Both the position numbers and the translations under genes were made by a program. DNA of 64,000 nt. It comes from Clostridiaceae bacterium (GTDB lineage: Bacteria > Bacillota > Clostridia > DSM-8532). Below, piece after piece: positions 28,573 through 38,147 of this stretch. Each line of letters opens with the position of its first letter. Position 1 is the first letter of the stretch. The notes beneath the pieces are model-generated. The model was not told where the DNA came from. It saw nothing but the letters and a program-made list of their open reading frames with translations, and searched no databases. The stretch is from contig JAAYLX010000011.1 in the NCBI GenBank assembly GCA_012521705.1, positions 10,958-74,957 on the forward strand, in the 5' to 3' direction.

Positions 28573-29025
28573 ATGCGCGCAGTTGTACAAAGGGTAAAAC
28601 GAGCTGAAGTACGTGTTGAAGGCCAGGTTACAGGTAAGATAGGCAATGGCCTTCTTATTTTATTGGGAGTCGGACAGGATGATGACCAAAAAGATTTGGC
28701 CTATCTTGCGGACAAGATTATGAATTTGAGAATTTTTGAAGATTCTGAGGATAAAATGAATCTGTCAGTTCTTGATGTTGGAGGGCAGGTTCTGGTAGTG
28801 TCCCAGTTCACTCTTTACGGTGATTGCCGGAAAGGCAAAAGGCCGAGTTATTCCAGTGCCGCAAGACCCGAACTTGCTGAAAAATACTATAATGAATTCA
28901 TTGAATATGTCAGAAATAATTATAAAATACAGGTAGAGACAGGCGTTTTTCAGGCCATGATGGAAGTTGATTTTATTAACGACGGGCCTGTAACGCTGCT
29001 CATTGACAGTAAAAAAACTTTTTAG
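28573..29025 (+). CDS. dtd: D-aminoacyl-tRNA deacylase
   Basis: 150 aa with MRAVVQRV...SQFTLYGD, typical of Dtd. Confidence 0.92.
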   Translation: MRAVVQRVKRAEVRVEGQVTGKIGNGLLILLGVGQDDDQKDLAYLADKIMNLRIFEDSEDKMNLSVLDVGGQVLVVSQFTLYGDCRKGKRPSYSSAARPELAEKYYNEFIEYVRNNYKIQVETGVFQAMMEVDFINDGPVTLLIDSKKTF

Positions 29026-29041
29026 GAGAAGGATAAGCGAA

Positions 29042-29656
29042 ATGGATATAAAAGTTTTATCCAACGGAATATTTGATTCAAATACTTACATTGTTTATGA
29101 TAACGGCGAGTGTGCCGTTATTGATTGCGGAGTTAATACCGGAGACGTATTGAATTATATTGAGAAAAATTCTCTTAAAGTCCGTTATATTATCCTTACC
29201 CATGGCCATATCGACCATATTTTCCATGCTGCTGAAATGAAAGGGAAAACAGGCGCGGAGCTGTGTATCCATGAGGATGAAGCAGCTCTTTATTCCGACC
29301 CTTCCTTGAACGGTACTGAAATGTTTGGCTTTGAAAGCTTAAGGAATGCTGCCCCGGACCGTTTGCTTAAACACGGTGACAAATTGCCTTTGGGAAACAC
29401 AGAACTTAAGATTATCCATACCCCCGGCCATTCACCCGGAAGTATGTGCATTCTGTGTGAAAACAGCCTTTTCAGCGGAGATACCTTGTTTGCAAGTTCG
29501 GTGGGAAGAACGGATTTGGTTGGCGGAAGCTGGCTTAAACTGAAAGATTCCATTGAAAACAGGTTATATACACTTCCCGATGATATCAGGGTTTATCCTG
29601 GTCATGGCGGAGCAACAACCATTGGTTTTGAAAGAGAGAACAATCCCTATGTATAG
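29042..29656 (+). CDS. MBL-fold metallo-hydrolase
   Basis: HGHIDH metal-binding motif. Start ATG 29042 (MDIKVLSNG) follows AGGAGA. Confidence 0.85.
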   Translation: MDIKVLSNGIFDSNTYIVYDNGECAVIDCGVNTGDVLNYIEKNSLKVRYIILTHGHIDHIFHAAEMKGKTGAELCIHEDEAALYSDPSLNGTEMFGFESLRNAAPDRLLKHGDKLPLGNTELKIIHTPGHSPGSMCILCENSLFSGDTLFASSVGRTDLVGGSWLKLKDSIENRLYTLPDDIRVYPGHGGATTIGFERENNPYV

Positions 29657-31271
29657 ATCAGATACAGAAACATCCCATAATAAGTTGGAAGGAGATATCT
29701 GGGTCAGCTTTAAAGGGATAGAGATGCAAATGGAAGCATGGGAATTACTGCGTCTCTTTTTTAATCCCGATTCAATTCATTTTATTGAAGGCAATTCTCC
29801 TGAATTATATTCATCCGAAGATACAAAAACTGATGCCGGCATGAATAACAATGAAGGGGCATCGGCAGAAAAAGTTTATCTGATGCTTGTTAAAGTGGGT
29901 GAAGATGAAAAAGAATGGAGCTGCAATGCTTCTTTCTATCCCGAAGTTTCTTTAGAAGACATACCTGATATTCTTAAGTACGATTATGCTACCCCTTATA
30001 CAAGTAGAATAGCTTTTGATATTTCGGATATGTCAAAGCCCGGGGGAAAAATCCTCAAAAGCAGAAAGACAATAATCGGTTCATGCATATATGAGATACT
30101 TTCCGGGTATACAGGAAGAAATCTTCCTTATGGCTCACTGGTCGGTGTAAGGCCTGTTAAGCTTGCCATGATGTGCCTGAATGACGGACTGGACAAAAAA
30201 CAGACTACAGAAATTCTTATAAAAACTACCGGTATATCATCAGGCAAGGCGGAATTGCTCTATGATATAGCAGAGGTTGAAAAATCGGTTCTTCAGAAGG
30301 ACGAAAGTGCTTTACATTTATATATAGGTATACCTTTTTGTGCCAGCCGCTGCCTCTACTGTTCCTTTACTGCCTATCCCGTTCACATTTACAGGAATAA
30401 GGTAGAGGCTTATATTAACGCATTGATAAAGGAAATTGAACATACTTCAAAATGGGCCAATGAAAAAGGGGTTAAGATAGGTTCTGTCTATGTTGGGGGA
30501 GGAACTCCCACTGCCATTGAGGCAAATAGTCTGGATTTGATACTTAAAGCTCTCAACAACTGTTTTGATATAAAAGGTCAGGAGTTCACTGTTGAAGCGG
30601 GAAGGCCTGATACAATCACAGAAGACAAGCTTGTAGTCATGCTGGAAAATAATGTTACACGAATCAGTATCAATCCGCAGACAATGAACAGTGAGACCTT
30701 AAAGCTAATAGGCAGAAATCATACTCCCGAAGATATTGAAAACAAGTTTTATATGGCAAGGGAAATGGGTTTTGACAATATCAACATGGACATAATTGCG
30801 GGTCTTCCGGGTGAAGATGAGGTTATGTTCAGAAGAACCCTGGACAAAATTGAGTCCATGTCTCCCGAAAGCATGACAGTCCACACGATGGCCATTAAAA
30901 GGGCGTCAAGGCTTCGAACTGAAGAACCAGGTTATTCGCCTGCCCCTGATTATATTGTTGAAGCCATGATTGAAGAGGCAAGAAAATCTGCTTCAAAAAT
31001 GGGCATGAGGCCATATTATCTTTACCGGCAGAAAAACATACTTGCTAATCTTGAAAATGTCGGGTACTGTAAGCCCGGCTTTGAATGTCACTACAACATT
31101 CACACAATGGAAGAAAAGCAGACCATAATTGCCTTTGGAGCCGGAGCTATATCAAAGTTTGTTTTTCCGGATGAGAACAGGATAGAGCGTGTCTTTAACG
31201 TCAAAGATGTGGATACTTATATAAACAGGATAGACGAATTGATGGCAAAAAAAGAACTATTTTTCATCTGA
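29649..31271 (+). CDS. HemN/HemZ-family radical SAM protein (oxygen-independent coproporphyrinogen-III oxidase-like)
   Basis: CASRCLYCSF radical-SAM motif. The start is uncertain. ATG 29649 overlaps the previous stop, and the ORF track gives 29553. Confidence 0.75.
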   Translation: MYRSDTETSHNKLEGDIWVSFKGIEMQMEAWELLRLFFNPDSIHFIEGNSPELYSSEDTKTDAGMNNNEGASAEKVYLMLVKVGEDEKEWSCNASFYPEVSLEDIPDILKYDYATPYTSRIAFDISDMSKPGGKILKSRKTIIGSCIYEILSGYTGRNLPYGSLVGVRPVKLAMMCLNDGLDKKQTTEILIKTTGISSGKAELLYDIAEVEKSVLQKDESALHLYIGIPFCASRCLYCSFTAYPVHIYRNKVEAYINALIKEIEHTSKWANEKGVKIGSVYVGGGTPTAIEANSLDLILKALNNCFDIKGQEFTVEAGRPDTITEDKLVVMLENNVTRISINPQTMNSETLKLIGRNHTPEDIENKFYMAREMGFDNINMDIIAGLPGEDEVMFRRTLDKIESMSPESMTVHTMAIKRASRLRTEEPGYSPAPDYIVEAMIEEARKSASKMGMRPYYLYRQKNILANLENVGYCKPGFECHYNIHTMEEKQTIIAFGAGAISKFVFPDENRIERVFNVKDVDTYINRIDELMAKKELFFI

Positions 31272-31296
31272 TAAAGAGACAGGAACTCTGAATAAA

Positions 31297-31365
31297 AAGG
31301 CGCCCGTTTTCAGTATAAACTGCTGTTATAAGCGTTTTATACTTTGAAGGGCGCCTTATTTTTGG
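31297..31365. terminator. Long bidirectional terminator between convergent genes
   Basis: AAGGCGCCC pairs with GGGCGCCTT, with an inner AGTATAAA/TTTATACT extension. An A-run lies upstream and a T-run downstream. Confidence 0.65.
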
Positions 31366-31394
31366 TGTTTTCCGGCATAATATGAGGAATAAAT

Positions 31395-31904
31395 CTATTC
31401 TTTTACATATACATTCCTGATTTCCCCGACATAAAGCCTGTGATAATCATTTTTAGCGTAATTGTTATTGATTGAGGGATCCAGGAAATTATCGGGGTCC
31501 AGGTCCTGGAAATAGATTTTCTTACATTCAATTATCATTCTTGCCTGTTCAAAACCGGTGGTGCCGTTCAGAGCAAAAGGAACAAGCCCCGTCTCCTTCG
31601 CTTTATCAATATCCCTTCCTGATTTTGAACCGCAAATATTGAGTGCCTTTCTCCATTCTTCAGTGAAGAAGCTGAGAGAAAAAGAATCGTTCTTTTCCAG
31701 GAACTCGTAAGTATAACGGGTGGGTCTTACAAAAATATAGCATACATTCTTTCCCCAAAGTACTCCAAGGCCGCCCCAGCTTGCAGTCATTGTGTTGAAG
31801 TTTCCGGGAGTACCTGCTGTAATAAGCATCCACTGATCCCCAATAAGTGTAAAGGTGTTGTCGGTAATATCTTTTGCGTTTATCTGTTTAAAATTGCTGC
31901 TCAT
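31395..31904 (-). CDS. Flavin reductase-like (FMN-binding split-barrel) protein
   Basis: 169 aa. General resemblance to flavoredoxin/flavin reductase-domain proteins (TASWGG motif). Confidence 0.7.
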   Translation of the reverse strand: MSSNFKQINAKDITDNTFTLIGDQWMLITAGTPGNFNTMTASWGGLGVLWGKNVCYIFVRPTRYTYEFLEKNDSFSLSFFTEEWRKALNICGSKSGRDIDKAKETGLVPFALNGTTGFEQARMIIECKKIYFQDLDPDNFLDPSINNNYAKNDYHRLYVGEIRNVYVKE

Positions 31905-32025
31905 AAAAATCAGCTCCTTATTTTTTTCTTCTTAGCCAAGTATACCATATTAAGGTTATCAATAATATTCTAAAAGTATACTTTACTTAAAGGTTACCCG
32001 TGATATAATGTCACAGAGGTGTATT

Positions 32026-32937
32026 ATGGCAAAAGGAAAACGCAAGCTGAGATTTTTTATTGCGGTGATTGTTTTTATATTGGTTTTTATATATTGGGAC
32101 AATAACAGTCTTCAGTTATCAAGATATACGTTATATTATGATGACCTTCCGGATGAATTTGATAATTATCGGATTGTCCAGATAAGTGATATGCACGGTA
32201 AGACTTTCGGGAAAAACAACAGCTATCTGGCATATAAAGTAAAAAAACTGGAACCTGATATTCTTGTTGCCACAGGGGACATGATGAGCTCAAACAAAGA
32301 CGACGGAAAGGCGTTTTTAGACTTTTTGGACCAGTTTGGAAATGAATGTCCGGTTTACATGTCCATGGGAAACCATGAGCAAATAGCCCGATGGCTAAAT
32401 GGAATTGAAGAAACTAATATTCTGTATGAAAACTTTATTTCGGAAGTAAAAAAACGGGGCGTTATTGTTCTGGACAATGAAAGTCTTTTGTTAAGCAATA
32501 AAGAGGCGGACAGTAACGACCACCCTGTTTATTTGTCAGGCCTGACCATCGAGCTTTATCATTATTCAAGAAGGGATCTGAACCCCGGGGACGAAAGCCT
32601 GTACCTGAAAACCTCATATATCAGCGGGGTTTTAGGTGAACCAAAAGGCTTTACCATAATCCTTGCCCACAATCCTGCCTACTTCAGGGAGTATGCCGAA
32701 TGGGGGGCGGACCTTGTGCTTTCCGGTCATGTACATGGAGGCGTTATTCAGGTCCCATTCAAAGGTGGGCTTTTATCGCCGGAGAGGGTATTTTTCCCGG
32801 AGTTTGATGCAGGTCTTTTTGAAGAGGGCGGCAGCAAAATGATAGTAAACAGGGGGCTTGGCTATTCCCAGATAAACTTCAGGCTTTTCAACCGACCGGA
32901 AATTTCAATGATTACACTCAAAAAGGGAAATGGCTGA
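32026..32937 (+). CDS. Membrane-anchored metallophosphoesterase (YkuE-like)
   Basis: DMHG, GDM, GNHE and GHVHGG phosphoesterase motifs. N-terminal TM. Start ATG 32026 (MAKGKRKL). Confidence 0.8.
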   Translation: MAKGKRKLRFFIAVIVFILVFIYWDNNSLQLSRYTLYYDDLPDEFDNYRIVQISDMHGKTFGKNNSYLAYKVKKLEPDILVATGDMMSSNKDDGKAFLDFLDQFGNECPVYMSMGNHEQIARWLNGIEETNILYENFISEVKKRGVIVLDNESLLLSNKEADSNDHPVYLSGLTIELYHYSRRDLNPGDESLYLKTSYISGVLGEPKGFTIILAHNPAYFREYAEWGADLVLSGHVHGGVIQVPFKGGLLSPERVFFPEFDAGLFEEGGSKMIVNRGLGYSQINFRLFNRPEISMITLKKGNG

Positions 32938-32967
32938 AACTTTTTGAAAATCAAAAGTAATATTCAG

Positions 32968-32996
32968 TTGTAAAGTCAAATATATTATGATATATT
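32968..32996 (+). promoter_or_regulatory. Sigma-A promoter with extended -10 upstream of the ECF S-component leader
   Basis: TTGTAA (32968-32973), 17-nt spacer ending in TGA, TATATT (32991-32996). Confidence 0.5.
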
Positions 32997-33089
32997 TTTA
33001 ATAATCGCGTCTGAAGGCGCGGTAAAAAGTCATTGAACGGGCTTGTTAAAAGACTTACATATTATTTAATCTTAAAGTCAGAATTTATG

Positions 33090-33146
33090 TACCACGAAGG
33101 TATGTGCTTTTCAGAAGAAAAGCTGTATCCCGTGGTATTTTTATTT
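33090..33146 (+). terminator. Terminator-like compound hairpin in the leader of the ECF S-component gene
   Basis: TACCACG pairs with CGTGGTA, enclosing GCTTTTC-AGAA-GAAAAGC. TTTTTATTT follows. Confidence 0.55.
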
Positions 33147-33186
33147 GACATTAAATCTGACTTAAATTTACTTGGAGGGTTTGACA

Positions 33187-33720
33187 ATGAATAAAATTAC
33201 AACTAAGAAACTGGCTCTTGCAGGCTTGTTTATTGCGATGGGACTTTTAATGCCATTTCTGGCTGCACAGATTCCCGAAATAGGGAAAAGGCTTCTTCCA
33301 ATGCATATTCCCGTGCTGTTATGCGGTTATATCACAGGCGGTTCTATCGGCCTGATTGTAGGAGCTATAGTTCCGCTATTGAGAAGTGTACTATTCTCAA
33401 TGCCGGTGCTTTTCCCTAATGCAATAGCAATGTCTTTTGAACTTGCCGCCTATGGGTTCTTTACAGGTCTCTTCTATAAAATGCTTCCCAAAAAGAATGT
33501 CTATATCTATGTATCCTTGATTATATCCATGATTTTTGGCAGAATTGTATGGGGAGCAGCCAGCTTTGCACTTATAACTCTCAGCGGCGGTAAATTTACT
33601 TTTGCCATGTTCCTCGCCGGAGCGTTTATTGATGCAATTCCGGGTATTATAATACAGATTATCTTGATTCCGGCACTGGTTATGGCATTACAGAGGGTTA
33701 AGATTACTGAAAGAGCATAA
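33187..33720 (+). CDS. ECF-transporter substrate-specific (S) component; substrate unknown
   Basis: About 177 aa with 5-6 TM helices and an LLPMHIPVLLCG motif typical of S components. ATG 33187 follows GGAGGG. No EcfA/EcfT genes are adjacent. Confidence 0.75.
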   Translation: MNKITTKKLALAGLFIAMGLLMPFLAAQIPEIGKRLLPMHIPVLLCGYITGGSIGLIVGAIVPLLRSVLFSMPVLFPNAIAMSFELAAYGFFTGLFYKMLPKKNVYIYVSLIISMIFGRIVWGAASFALITLSGGKFTFAMFLAGAFIDAIPGIIIQIILIPALVMALQRVKITERA

Positions 33721-33723
33721 GAA

Positions 33724-34788
33724 ATGAAGAATTTACTTATTGACCATTATAAAAAATATCCTGAGATGCAGATTCAGGACATGGTTAAACTTATTTACCA
33801 AAGTGAATTTGCAGGGGGGCATCTTATTCCTGACGAACAGGAAAGCCTTAAATACCTTGAGGAGGAGCTTAAAGAAATTGACTCCTCCTTAAGTTCCGTT
33901 CATGTAAAAGAGGATTTTGAGTATATAGGAAATAATCTTTACAGGCTATTTTTGCACACCGTAAAAAATAATAAAATCAAGCCTGAGACAGTCAACCGAT
34001 TTTTTGTTGCTACATCAGAAAAAGTGAAGGGCAGCATAAGCGGATTTCAGGAGAAACTTGAAGTTTTGCGCCTTTGCTGCGTCAATAAAGAATTACCTTT
34101 TCCTGTAAAAGAATTGAATGCTTATTTGTCGGAATACAGGGATAAAGGATATCCACCCGTAAGCCACAGCAAGGTCTATAAAGACGAATATAAACCCTTT
34201 TACCGGATTGTAAGCGGTGAATACATTAAGTTTTTTGACCTTTTCTCACGAATTGATGAACTTTGTGATAAAAAGGAGAGAGTTATTGTCGCCATAGACG
34301 GAAACTGCGGGTCTGGTAAGACTACACTGGCATCCATAATAGACTCGGTATATGGCTGCAATGTATTTCACATGGATGATTTCTTTTTGCCTCTTGACCT
34401 CAGGACAACAGAAAGACTTTCCCAGGCAGGTGGAAATGTACATTATGAACGGTTTGACAGCGAAGTAATTCATGGCATCAAGTCAAACAAAGCCTTTGAG
34501 TATCAAAAGTTTGACTGTGCCAGAATGTCACTGGGAGAAAAGATTACAGTTACCCCCAGGAAACTCAACATAATTGAAGGTTCATACAGCATGCATCCAG
34601 TCCTCGTTGACAATTACGATTTGAAAGTATTTCTTACAGTCAGCGCCGAAGAGCAGAGCAGAAGGATACTTTTGAGAAACGGAATAGAAAAACACAAACG
34701 CTTTATAAATGAATGGATACCACTTGAGAATAAGTATTTTGCAGAGCTTGGAATAAAGGATAAATGTGATCTTGTTTTCGAAACATGA
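33724..34788 (+). CDS. Two-domain protein: unknown N-terminal domain plus C-terminal P-loop uridine-kinase-like domain
   Basis: Walker A DGNCGSGKTTLA near residue 195. Starts 3 nt after the S-component stop. Confidence 0.6.
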   Translation: MKNLLIDHYKKYPEMQIQDMVKLIYQSEFAGGHLIPDEQESLKYLEEELKEIDSSLSSVHVKEDFEYIGNNLYRLFLHTVKNNKIKPETVNRFFVATSEKVKGSISGFQEKLEVLRLCCVNKELPFPVKELNAYLSEYRDKGYPPVSHSKVYKDEYKPFYRIVSGEYIKFFDLFSRIDELCDKKERVIVAIDGNCGSGKTTLASIIDSVYGCNVFHMDDFFLPLDLRTTERLSQAGGNVHYERFDSEVIHGIKSNKAFEYQKFDCARMSLGEKITVTPRKLNIIEGSYSMHPVLVDNYDLKVFLTVSAEEQSRRILLRNGIEKHKRFINEWIPLENKYFAELGIKDKCDLVFET

Positions 34789-34967
34789 CTTCAGGAAATA
34801 AAAAAAGTAAGATACTTTTGGTTCATACGTTATTATTTCATCAAAATAGTATCAATATAGCCAGTTTTCACCAATTTAAAAAGTTCGGCTCGAAAAATGA
34901 AAGTTGAGGCTTGTACCTATAAATGATAGAATACTTTACATAAAAGTTTACATACGGAGGGAAAACC

Positions 34968-35843
34968 ATGAGCGATGTAAAGTATTGCCCGTCATGTGGA
35001 ACATGTCTTTCAATTTCCTCTGCGTATTGCTTTAAATGTGGTACCAAACAAGATTACATTGGACCGGAAATCTCCACGAAGAATGGGACAGAAAACCTTG
35101 TTGAATTAAGTAATACAAACAATGAAAACAAGGAAGTTCAATTGGCCCGGGAAGAGCTGATAGTCGGTACCGAACCCGTAACTGACAGTATAAATGTGAC
35201 AGACATACATAATGAAAAACAAGAATCAACCGAACCAACTGAACCAACCGTATCAAATGATTCAACGGAATTAACAGAATCATCAGAATCAACAGAACCG
35301 CTTGAAGACAGATCGGATGAAGAAGTAAAATCCGCTGATACAATTGGTCCGGATTCAAAATCTCCCGAGGTTTCAACTGATTCACATACACCTCCTCAGG
35401 AAAATCCCGAAACACAATCAGAGCCTGCACCTGAAAATCCATCACTGAAATATTATCAGTCGCTGAATCTTCAGGAACCAGAGAAAAAAAGGAGAAGGTT
35501 CCCTGTATTTTTTACTGTTGTATGGGTTTTGTTATTTGCGTCTGTTGCGGCATGGAGCTATTATTTCTATTTATTGTACATATCAGGTGGAGATTTACCT
35601 CTGTTTACCGAGGATGCCCAGAGAATAGTACTGTTTTTAAGCGCGGTGTTCATCCTCATATATACTGGTTCCCTTAAACTTTCCATGAAAAAGTTCAGGG
35701 TATTTCCCACAATTTTGCTTGTATTGGCCGGCCTTGTTATCTTCTATCTTTTCTGCATGGTTGAACTTACAGACGGGGACTGGCTCCATGATTTTATGAG
35801 TAACATTACTGAACAACTTTTGACTGCATTGAAGATTTACTGA
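34968..35843 (+). CDS. Zinc-ribbon protein with an acidic S/T/E/P-rich linker and a C-terminal multi-TM region
   Basis: N-terminal CPSCGxxx...CFKCG motif, then a low-complexity STEPTEP region, then about 4 hydrophobic helices. Confidence 0.6.
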   Translation: MSDVKYCPSCGTCLSISSAYCFKCGTKQDYIGPEISTKNGTENLVELSNTNNENKEVQLAREELIVGTEPVTDSINVTDIHNEKQESTEPTEPTVSNDSTELTESSESTEPLEDRSDEEVKSADTIGPDSKSPEVSTDSHTPPQENPETQSEPAPENPSLKYYQSLNLQEPEKKRRRFPVFFTVVWVLLFASVAAWSYYFYLLYISGGDLPLFTEDAQRIVLFLSAVFILIYTGSLKLSMKKFRVFPTILLVLAGLVIFYLFCMVELTDGDWLHDFMSNITEQLLTALKIY

Positions 35844-35856
35844 ACCGGAGGTAATT

Positions 35857-36363
35857 ATGTCATTATCCAAATATGTTGAACTGGCACTCAAGCTTGGGGC
35901 CGATGATGCTGTTGAATTCAGCATTGATGATATCGTTTTTGATTCAAGGACTATATTAAAATGTATGTACGGCTGCTCCGACTGGGGGTTTGGCAATACC
36001 TGCCCGTCAAGGCCGGGATCATTAAAGCCATGGGAATATGAGCAGGTTCTCAGAAAATATTCACGCGGGATAATAATTCATTCAACCGATAAGAAGATAT
36101 CCCAGGATGTATCCTTTGAAATTGAGCGCCAGGCTTTTATGGACGGATACTACTTTGCTTTTTCGATGAGCGATTGCGCACATTGCAACAAATGCGCCGG
36201 ATTCGCAGGCAAAAGTTGTATCAATCCCAAAAAGGCAAGACCTGCTTTTCACAGTGTAGGGATAGATGTATTCAAAACTGTACGAAAATTCGGCCTTCCC
36301 ATTGAAACTCTTAAAGACAAGGATGAGACTACCAACTGGTATTCGGCAGTATTTATAGATTAA
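35857..36363 (+). CDS. DUF2284-like Cys-rich metal-binding protein
   Basis: 168 aa with the CMYGCSDWGFGNTCP and CAHCNKC cysteine clusters. Confidence 0.65.
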   Translation: MSLSKYVELALKLGADDAVEFSIDDIVFDSRTILKCMYGCSDWGFGNTCPSRPGSLKPWEYEQVLRKYSRGIIIHSTDKKISQDVSFEIERQAFMDGYYFAFSMSDCAHCNKCAGFAGKSCINPKKARPAFHSVGIDVFKTVRKFGLPIETLKDKDETTNWYSAVFID

Positions 36364-36448
36364 ATTTAGCGATTATCCTTCGAAATTCTTATGTCTGTAA
36401 GGATAGAGGGAATCCAAATGAATTTGCTGCATAAAAGTAAAAAAAATC

Positions 36449-36477
36449 TTGTCAACAAGCCACTTATCGTGTATACT
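36449..36477 (+). promoter_or_regulatory. Sigma-A promoter candidate for tRNA-Leu
   Basis: TTGTCA (36449-36454), 17-nt spacer, TATACT (36472-36477) preceded by TG. Confidence 0.5.
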
Positions 36478-36494
36478 AATCTATGCTGATTCGT

Positions 36495-36581
36495 GCGAAA
36501 GTGGTGGAATTGGCAGACTCGCTAGATTCAGGTTCTAGTGTGCGCAAGCACGTGCGGGTTCAAATCCCGCCTTTCGCACCA
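36495..36581 (+). tRNA. tRNA-Leu (anticodon CAG), class II with a long variable arm and encoded CCA
   Basis: Acceptor stem GCGAAAG/CTTTCGC. Anticodon stem CTAGA/TCTAG with loop TTCAGGT. T-arm GCGGGTTCAAATCCCGC. 3' ACCA. Confidence 0.93.
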
Positions 36582-36615
36582 AAGGCTTTCAGGATTATCC
36601 TGAAAGCCTTTTTTA
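36582..36615 (+). terminator. Intrinsic terminator after tRNA-Leu
   Basis: AAGGCTTTCAGGA pairs with TCCTGAAAGCCTT. TTTT follows. Confidence 0.8.
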
Positions 36616-36782
36616 TGCCTTGAAAAGATATTCTTACATGAATGACTGTTCCAATATTATTTCTTTTGTTTTTTCATCAGATTCTCTGGTCGTTTTTTCT
36701 CTTTTCTTTGTTCTGTTTCTGCCAGTAGAAACTTGCAGTCTAAAAATCTTTAACCTGAAAAGCCTTCGTGAAATAATGGAGT

Positions 36783-37901
36783 TCATGTATTTAAATTTTC
36801 TTTTGAATTGGTGTCACCAATTACCAGTCTCTGAGCAGGAACAGTAAGCGGTATATTCATATCTTCAAAGATTTTCAGAATATCAAGGTTAAGCTTTTCT
36901 GTAACCTGCAGATAAGTCGCATAGGAGGTTGTCTTTGTAAAGAAGTGGACAATAATTCTTAGTGAATCGTTGTCAAAACCCTCCATATTGACTGCCAAAG
37001 TGGCGTTCTGATTAACGTCTTCGCTATTTTTCAATAAATCTTTGATTTTGGAGAGAAGTATCTTTACATTGTCGGCCGGAGTATTTAAAGGAATATACAA
37101 TTTATAAAGCACCCGGCGTTTATCCATTTTTGACCAGTTTGTGACAGGTTCATTGCTCATAATGGAATTGGGAACAGAAACCAATGAATCGGTAAAGGTT
37201 CTTATTCTGGTGCTCCTGAAACCTATTTCCTCAACAACACCCTGAACGCTGCTGGTTTCAATCCAATCCCCGATAGTGTATGTTTTGTCCAGCATTATTG
37301 TAATACTTCCGATGAGATTTGCCGCAGCATCTTTGGCGGCAAGGGAGATGGCAAGCCCTCCAAGGCCGAGACCGGCAACTATTCCGCTTACATCATATCC
37401 AAGCAAATCTATGATTGAAAAAATCTCAAATATAACTATCAACACTTTAAGACTCTTACTGAGAAGCCCGATAACCGAAGGATTAATTCTTTTGTCCGTC
37501 CGGTTCAGGAAGTGTTCTATAAAATATATTACCGAATCCGTAGCCCTGTATAAAAACCAGAATACAACTATTAAAACGTAAATTTTCAGACCTGTGTAAA
37601 GAATAATGCTTTTGGGGAAATTTAAGGCAACATTTATGGATAACCATACAATAAAGCCCGCCAATAGAGCCCTTGCAGGTTTTTCAAATGCACTTACCAG
37701 CATTTCGTCAAATTGAGTGGTTGTCTTTTTTGTTAGTTTAAGAAGAATTCTCATTATAACATTAACGAATAATTCCCTTAGCAAAAAACCGGTCAATAGC
37801 ACTGCAACAGCCAGTATAATACGTGCAACAACAATATTAACCGATAAATACAAGCCAATATTCTTTAAAAGCTTGGCGTATTCAGACAGGGTATATTCCA
37901 T
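36783..37901 (-). CDS. Mechanosensitive ion channel (MscS family)
   Basis: 372 aa with N-terminal TM helices and an MscS beta-domain region (IGDWIE...GVVEEIGFRSTRIRT). Confidence 0.85.
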   Translation of the reverse strand: MEYTLSEYAKLLKNIGLYLSVNIVVARIILAVAVLLTGFLLRELFVNVIMRILLKLTKKTTTQFDEMLVSAFEKPARALLAGFIVWLSINVALNFPKSIILYTGLKIYVLIVVFWFLYRATDSVIYFIEHFLNRTDKRINPSVIGLLSKSLKVLIVIFEIFSIIDLLGYDVSGIVAGLGLGGLAISLAAKDAAANLIGSITIMLDKTYTIGDWIETSSVQGVVEEIGFRSTRIRTFTDSLVSVPNSIMSNEPVTNWSKMDKRRVLYKLYIPLNTPADNVKILLSKIKDLLKNSEDVNQNATLAVNMEGFDNDSLRIIVHFFTKTTSYATYLQVTEKLNLDILKIFEDMNIPLTVPAQRLVIGDTNSKENLNT

Positions 37902-38147
37902 TTTTCTCCTCCCAAATCTGTAGTATTAATAATAAAAATGTGCTATTTGATTAAGAATAATGTTATCATATCAAATCGTGATATAAAAGGATACTTTGTG
38001 GGCCAAGCTTATTAATTTATTGGGCAATTTTTAAGATTTATTCTGTAAAAAATACCCTATTTCTGTGTACATTATCCGAAATTAATGTTATGATAAGGCT
38101 GAGGAACAATATCTATATGGTTCCTTTTGAAGGGGTTCTGGTACAGG

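Noticed and set aside
33003-33060. Possible THF-I riboswitch ahead of the ECF S-component (TCGCGT...GGCGCGGT)
   Set aside because: Only a short GC hairpin matches. The region is far too short to hold the THF-I three-way junction and pseudoknot. It remains an unassigned candidate rather than a call.
36620-36847. 75-aa + strand ORF downstream of tRNA-Leu
   Set aside because: It starts inside the tRNA terminator tail and overlaps the 3' end of the convergent MscS gene. It has no SD.
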